Shown here piece by piece: positions 59,653 through 64,000 of a DNA stretch of 64,000 nucleotides; position 1 is the first letter of the stretch; every line of letters begins with the position of its first letter. The DNA comes from a virus: the IMG/VR virus record IMGVR_UViG_3300020182_002648, positions 64,001 to 128,000 of that record. One strand, given 5' to 3'. The translations under genes were made by a program, and so were the position numbers. Under the pieces are notes generated by a model. It was not told where the DNA came from. It did not search any database and saw nothing but the letters and a program-made list of their open reading frames with translations.

Positions 59653-59824
59653 TTTATAAATTTTACATTTTTGTTATAATCCCATGCATTTTGTTTTTGC
59701 AGTGAGTCTTGTTTGTTGTTTTGGGAGTATCTAATTGTAATCCAGTTTTTTTAGCCAGCACATATGCAGCTGCATATTGTATCAGTCGGTTTCCAAGGCG
59801 ACCTCGATATTTCATATCAATCAT
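59649..59824 (-). pseudogene. internally deleted GT11 (alpha-1,2-fucosyltransferase-like) gene
   Basis: MIDMKYRGRLGNRLIQYAA start, joined out of frame to a tail ending in the ATGA overlap with licD. Confidence 0.6.
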
Positions 59825-60789
59825 AACTTGCTATCTAATCCTTTTAAACTTAAAATTTCAGTAGATATAAATTTATTATCAATTTTATTTATATCAAAAT
59901 CATTTTTATATATTTCCACGAGCTTTGCTAACAGAAACTCCGAGAATCCATATGCAGCACAATTGTGTTTAAAGAACATATCATGAAATTTGCGAATATT
60001 GTTCTTCATATACAATACACGTTCTTTGTCTTCTAATAACAATGTAACTTGTTGATGTATATGTTCCATGCTATGTTCTCGTAAATCAAATCTTAACACG
60101 TAATCGTCGACATTCGTAAATATATTTTCCCAGCCATAGTCATTCATAGAATTGATCATAATCGGAATACACCCACATCTTATTACATCAAAAAATGTAT
60201 GTGTCCAAATTCTATCACCACGTAACATATACACGACATCTGATTTGGATAAATTATTTAAATAAGTTTCATATGTTCCTGTTTTGAATCCATCTCTGTA
60301 GATCTTCTCTTTAAATAAAGAAACATCGAATCTTTTGTCATCTACTTTGTTGTAAAAAGAAAGAACGTTACCTCGTGTTTCATGAGTGTTGTTACCAGAC
60401 CAAAAAACTTTATTGTGAAAAGTTTCATTTTTAATTGTTTTATTGTCGCCAAACTTAGGGCCGAGAGGAGTCGGTATGACATAAGGAATATCGCATAAAT
60501 CGTTTGTTGAAAAACAAAAGTTACTAAAGTTTGGACGAGGTGAAATTGCATTATCAACACAAAATCCTTCACGGCACTTCAACAAACTTAAGTTTACATA
60601 TTTGCGAGGATTGCGAAGAATAGAAACCTCATTGGGTTTTACTTTGTTTGAATCATATGCATGCCAGTGCTTTTCCGTAAAATACAAATCGGCATCTTTA
60701 GATGAGCCATCAACGAAATTGATTTTTTTATGAAAAGTGTCGCAAAACCGGTTTTGCTTTAATCCAAAATCTGTTGCTATTGTTATCAT
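59821..60789 (-). CDS. exostosin-like (GT47) glycosyltransferase
   Basis: FWSG..TH..R, Y...L..S...LRGD, GCIP. Confidence 0.7.
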   Translation of the reverse strand: MITIATDFGLKQNRFCDTFHKKINFVDGSSKDADLYFTEKHWHAYDSNKVKPNEVSILRNPRKYVNLSLLKCREGFCVDNAISPRPNFSNFCFSTNDLCDIPYVIPTPLGPKFGDNKTIKNETFHNKVFWSGNNTHETRGNVLSFYNKVDDKRFDVSLFKEKIYRDGFKTGTYETYLNNLSKSDVVYMLRGDRIWTHTFFDVIRCGCIPIMINSMNDYGWENIFTNVDDYVLRFDLREHSMEHIHQQVTLLLEDKERVLYMKNNIRKFHDMFFKHNCAAYGFSEFLLAKLVEIYKNDFDINKIDNKFISTEILSLKGLDSKL

Positions 60790-60790
60790 A

Positions 60791-61510
60791 TTATAGTAAT
60801 TTATTTAAGAAATCATCATATTGTTGTATAAAAGGAAATTCACTCAATAATTTGCTCTGTTCCTCATTGCTGAGTTTTTTCTTCCACTCATAAATGTCTG
60901 TGGTTCTTTTGTGAGATTTTAACTTACCCGCTTCGATTAAATCGCTTTTATCTTCAATCGGTGCGAAAGAGTATTTCCATTTCTCGTAAGTTTTATCGTA
61001 TACAGAAGCCATGTCAAGAGTTTGTAACAACTCTTTTAAAAATTCACTAAAATTACCTATCATGAACTCATACGGTAATATAACTTTGTTGGTTGCCGGC
61101 AAGTTCCAAAATTTTTCAATTTTCTTTGAATTAATGGGGGTAACTCTATTGATATAATTCGCAAGTCCTTCTTTTTGAATTTTTTGCCGTTTCGACTCAA
61201 ATTGTTCTTGTGTAAAACCAGCAGGGCACTTATGAGTGTATCCGAACGAATAAAACATAGATATGGTAATACCAATAGGATTGCGAGGTATGAAAATAAA
61301 ATTGTCATTAGCGAGATTAACACCAACAAGTTTTGCCGGATTTGCTGGATTGATCAATCGCTCAAATCGCAACTTCATTAAGCCTGAATCATTATTAACC
61401 ACAATATCTTCTCCCACTTTGATTCGCGGAAGATCGAAAACACTCTTCAAAATTTTTGAAACTATTGTTGATCCGCACTTGTGCGGTGCATGTATTATAT
61501 ATTTTTTCAT
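60791..61510 (-). CDS. sulfotransferase (start revised to MKKYI)
   Basis: HKCGST PAPS loop, RNP...S.FYS, YE. Confidence 0.75.
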   Translation of the reverse strand: MKKYIIHAPHKCGSTIVSKILKSVFDLPRIKVGEDIVVNNDSGLMKLRFERLINPANPAKLVGVNLANDNFIFIPRNPIGITISMFYSFGYTHKCPAGFTQEQFESKRQKIQKEGLANYINRVTPINSKKIEKFWNLPATNKVILPYEFMIGNFSEFLKELLQTLDMASVYDKTYEKWKYSFAPIEDKSDLIEAGKLKSHKRTTDIYEWKKKLSNEEQSKLLSEFPFIQQYDDFLNKLL

Positions 61511-61556
61511 TTTTGTTTTTTTTTCGTTCCCTAAGAAAGTATACTTTTTTATTTTG

Positions 61557-62189
61557 CTAAAATTTATATCCAAAGTAATTTATGTCCCACTCAAATAATT
61601 TTGAAACCTTTTCTTTGGTCTCGTCGTTGTAGTATTTTCTATAATCATATTCTACCCGGTTAGTATTATGCTTTTGGTGTGAGAGATTATAATCAACAAT
61701 TCCCAGTTTATTAAAAACGACCTTCGCATCGTGTTCTATGTTTTCTTGTCTTATGAAGTGATCTATACATAGTTCGTTGTTATAATGAAACATTGATTTA
61801 TATGTGTTGTTACGGGTAAAATGATCTCTCTCTAGATTATGACAAACCCAATCATTAAATGTAGATGTTACTCCACGATGAACCGATATATGATGGTAAA
61901 AAGAGACAACCCTATCAAAAGGATTTCTTATAACTGTAAATATATACCATTCCTTTCTTTTAAAACAATCTTCAGAATACCTGTCATTAATAAATTTAAC
62001 AAATTGAGGTAGTGCTCCATGTACAGATAGATAATAATTTATGCCTTCGTTAGATAAATCCATACCAAACGGCTCTAGTTCTTTATTTCCATCGAAGGAT
62101 CCATACTGACGTCGCAATACCGCCCTAACACTTGTACCAGCACATTTAGGTGGATGTATGAACATGAATTTTTCTGAATTATTAATCAT
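61557..62189 (-). CDS. sulfotransferase family 2
   Basis: FIHPPKCAGTS, RNPFDRVVS.Y, D...FGY.F. Confidence 0.88.
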   Translation of the reverse strand: MINNSEKFMFIHPPKCAGTSVRAVLRRQYGSFDGNKELEPFGMDLSNEGINYYLSVHGALPQFVKFINDRYSEDCFKRKEWYIFTVIRNPFDRVVSFYHHISVHRGVTSTFNDWVCHNLERDHFTRNNTYKSMFHYNNELCIDHFIRQENIEHDAKVVFNKLGIVDYNLSHQKHNTNRVEYDYRKYYNDETKEKVSKLFEWDINYFGYKF

Positions 62190-63004
62190 TGATCATCAGT
62201 TATAATTCTATCAAGCTCATTACCTTTTACACTTAAGTCAACATATCTGTCTGGTTGTTGGGTAGCTCTACTGCTATAATGACCAAATATATCGTCATAA
62301 TTTGTTTCAGCTATAAGTTCTAGACCATCTTCTTTCCACCTATCAATCCAGAAAAAATCTTCATGAGTAAATTCATGTGCATATGCTCCCATCACATTAT
62401 ATTCAGACATAATAGGTAAATCTTTTAATACATCCACAAGAGGGGTACTCTCATTGATTCCTTCAATGTACTCTCGTACCAGTTTGCTTAAGTTCTTCGG
62501 ATATACTAGAGGCATCCTGAACATGAATTCAAACTCGACATTAAAATTAAGAATTTCTGATGTAGTGTCTTGCCATCTCTTGACCCCTTCAATAGGATGT
62601 CCAATTTTTTGTAAGCGAGGTAATAATTTGCTGTATCTATTTTTTACTAAAAGAGGCTTATTGTTTTTAAAAAATCTATCTGGTGTATGCTCTTTTTTAA
62701 ATAAGCTATCTGCATCAATATGACATATGTAATCAGTGTCAGTCGGGACATACAGGTCACTTAATAATTTCATATATTGCTGCCGCACATATCCCCTTTT
62801 AACGTGTTTCGCTTCTTTGTTTATGAAATATTTTTGTTCTATTGAATCAAGGTAACGCTGTGTTTCAATGCAATCATTTTCATGGTCGTCTATAATTACC
62901 ACGTTATCATGATATCCTTTACAAAACTTTTTGATGGACTTGAGGTTGTACTTTAAGAACTCAAGGTCCTTATCGTAAGTTATTGTAACGATGGAAGTTT
63001 TCAT
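62186..63004 (-). CDS. GT-A fold glycosyltransferase-like protein
   Basis: GY..QQ.MKL, HIDAD, SEYN..G. Confidence 0.6.
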   Translation of the reverse strand: MKTSIVTITYDKDLEFLKYNLKSIKKFCKGYHDNVVIIDDHENDCIETQRYLDSIEQKYFINKEAKHVKRGYVRQQYMKLLSDLYVPTDTDYICHIDADSLFKKEHTPDRFFKNNKPLLVKNRYSKLLPRLQKIGHPIEGVKRWQDTTSEILNFNVEFEFMFRMPLVYPKNLSKLVREYIEGINESTPLVDVLKDLPIMSEYNVMGAYAHEFTHEDFFWIDRWKEDGLELIAETNYDDIFGHYSSRATQQPDRYVDLSVKGNELDRIITDDQ

Positions 63005-63315
63005 TTTTTATTTTTTTTGTAGTCTGTTAATTTTACTTGCATACGTGATGCTATTGATGTGATTATTAATATCATTTTTTGCAGACCCTTATCATCTTCG
63101 TAACAATTGTATAATACTCTTAGTAAATCGCACACAACCTTCGGGTTTTCCGGGGATATTTTATCCCTGTTTTGAAGGTGTAATAGACACCATTTTAGTC
63201 TTTCTTCGTCATGTTTTGTAGTGCCACGTAGATTAACTTCACCGGTAATTATACTATCAGCGAACTGCTTAAGTTGCTCTTTTGTTTTTATTTTTGTTAT
63301 ATCGATTGTCTTCAT
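63001..63315 (-). CDS. hypothetical protein, homolog of 12361-12693
   Basis: C.....C.ED...RM..KL pattern. Confidence 0.55.
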   Translation of the reverse strand: MKTIDITKIKTKEQLKQFADSIITGEVNLRGTTKHDEERLKWCLLHLQNRDKISPENPKVVCDLLRVLYNCYEDDKGLQKMILIITSIASRMQVKLTDYKKNKK

Positions 63316-63330
63316 AAATGTAATGATGTT

Positions 63331-63978
63331 TCAAGAATTACAATATCTCTCCCATAATTTTCTGTCCCAATATGTGCGGTCAAGAAAAGTTTGTTGTGTC
63401 TGATCGTCAAGTTCGTTGAATTCAAGTTTGATCTTGTTAGGTGTGTTGTTCCGCCAAACATCAACAACCTCTACCTCCACATCTGATCTCATGACACCGT
63501 ATGCTCCGTGAAACACCTGGTCAATCAATTGGTCTGTGTTTTGTATGCTTTTGACTATCCAATGCCTCAAGTATTGATCACATGCGGTCAGGTGTTTAGG
63601 TTCAATTATGGTATCATCTGATAGATTCAACAAATTGCGAATGAACCAGCTGTCCTCTAGTTCATCTGAGTTGATATACTTGATGAAATCTTCTGCTTGA
63701 ATGGCTCCATGATTTGGTTCATGTGCGCTGGCATCTGTGGTCAAATAGTTGTACATCGATTGAGTTCTGCTCCATGGATCTCTCAGGATGGTGAAATTGA
63801 GCAGATGTTCACGTCCAGTGGCTTGTTGAATCAATTGCAAGGCTTGTCTGTGCTGACTGTAACCATGAGAGTAATCATCTGGCATGTTTGAAGCACCATC
63901 ACCCACTGGATCGACACTCACAGAAAAAACCTCAATCTCACCAGATTCAATCGCCTCAACAAAATGTACTATATCCAC
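63331..63978 (-). CDS. sulfotransferase-like protein (5' end probably beyond the window)
   Basis: FTILRDPWSRTQSMYNY. Confidence 0.65.
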   Translation of the reverse strand: MDIVHFVEAIESGEIEVFSVSVDPVGDGASNMPDDYSHGYSQHRQALQLIQQATGREHLLNFTILRDPWSRTQSMYNYLTTDASAHEPNHGAIQAEDFIKYINSDELEDSWFIRNLLNLSDDTIIEPKHLTACDQYLRHWIVKSIQNTDQLIDQVFHGAYGVMRSDVEVEVVDVWRNNTPNKIKLEFNELDDQTQQTFLDRTYWDRKLWERYCNS

Positions 63979-64000
63979 CCAATCGGAATTTCCGTCTCCA

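Overview
A 64-kb segment of a large lytic dsDNA tailed phage with T4-like late promoters, read in the standard genetic code. No tRNA, rRNA, CRISPR array or integrase was seen. A PVC-group (Verrucomicrobia-like) host is a tentative inference. Layout: (i) 1-29 kb is a minus-strand early/accessory region of many small genes. It is driven by roughly 30 copies of a sigma70-type promoter AGTTGCnn-N17-TATAAT, many yielding leaderless mRNAs. It includes a tandem promoter+leader mini-gene array, DenV, a TagD-like cytidylyltransferase, DUF932, SprT-like, PRTase and RadA-like genes, several late-promoter genes with capsid-targeting-like N-termini, and a ~0.55-kb ORF-free, highly structured RNA unit with an rrn-like boxB/boxA leader (18.2-18.8 kb). 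(ii) 29-43 kb is a sugar-modification cluster: GT8, GT32, GT2, two deacetylases, two NAD epimerases, a split transketolase, a U32-like Fe-S protein and five radical SAM enzymes. It sits next to (iii) tail-fibre, adhesin and chaperone genes at 43-48.6 kb. (iv) A plus-strand block carries a fractured nrdA (split intein with a free-standing GIY-YIG endonuclease between the halves), a class Ic-like nrdB lacking the radical Tyr, and a membrane-anchored subtilisin. (v) The end has ppa, a porin and an AT-rich LicD/GT47/sulfotransferase module with deletion remnants. Best novelty candidates: the large structured ncRNA, and a 3'-UTR terminator hairpin (5468-5525) that is antisense to the conserved UAACAACA...AUAUUAUGGA leaders of the early mini-gene array. 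All product calls come from motif recognition by eye, not database searches.
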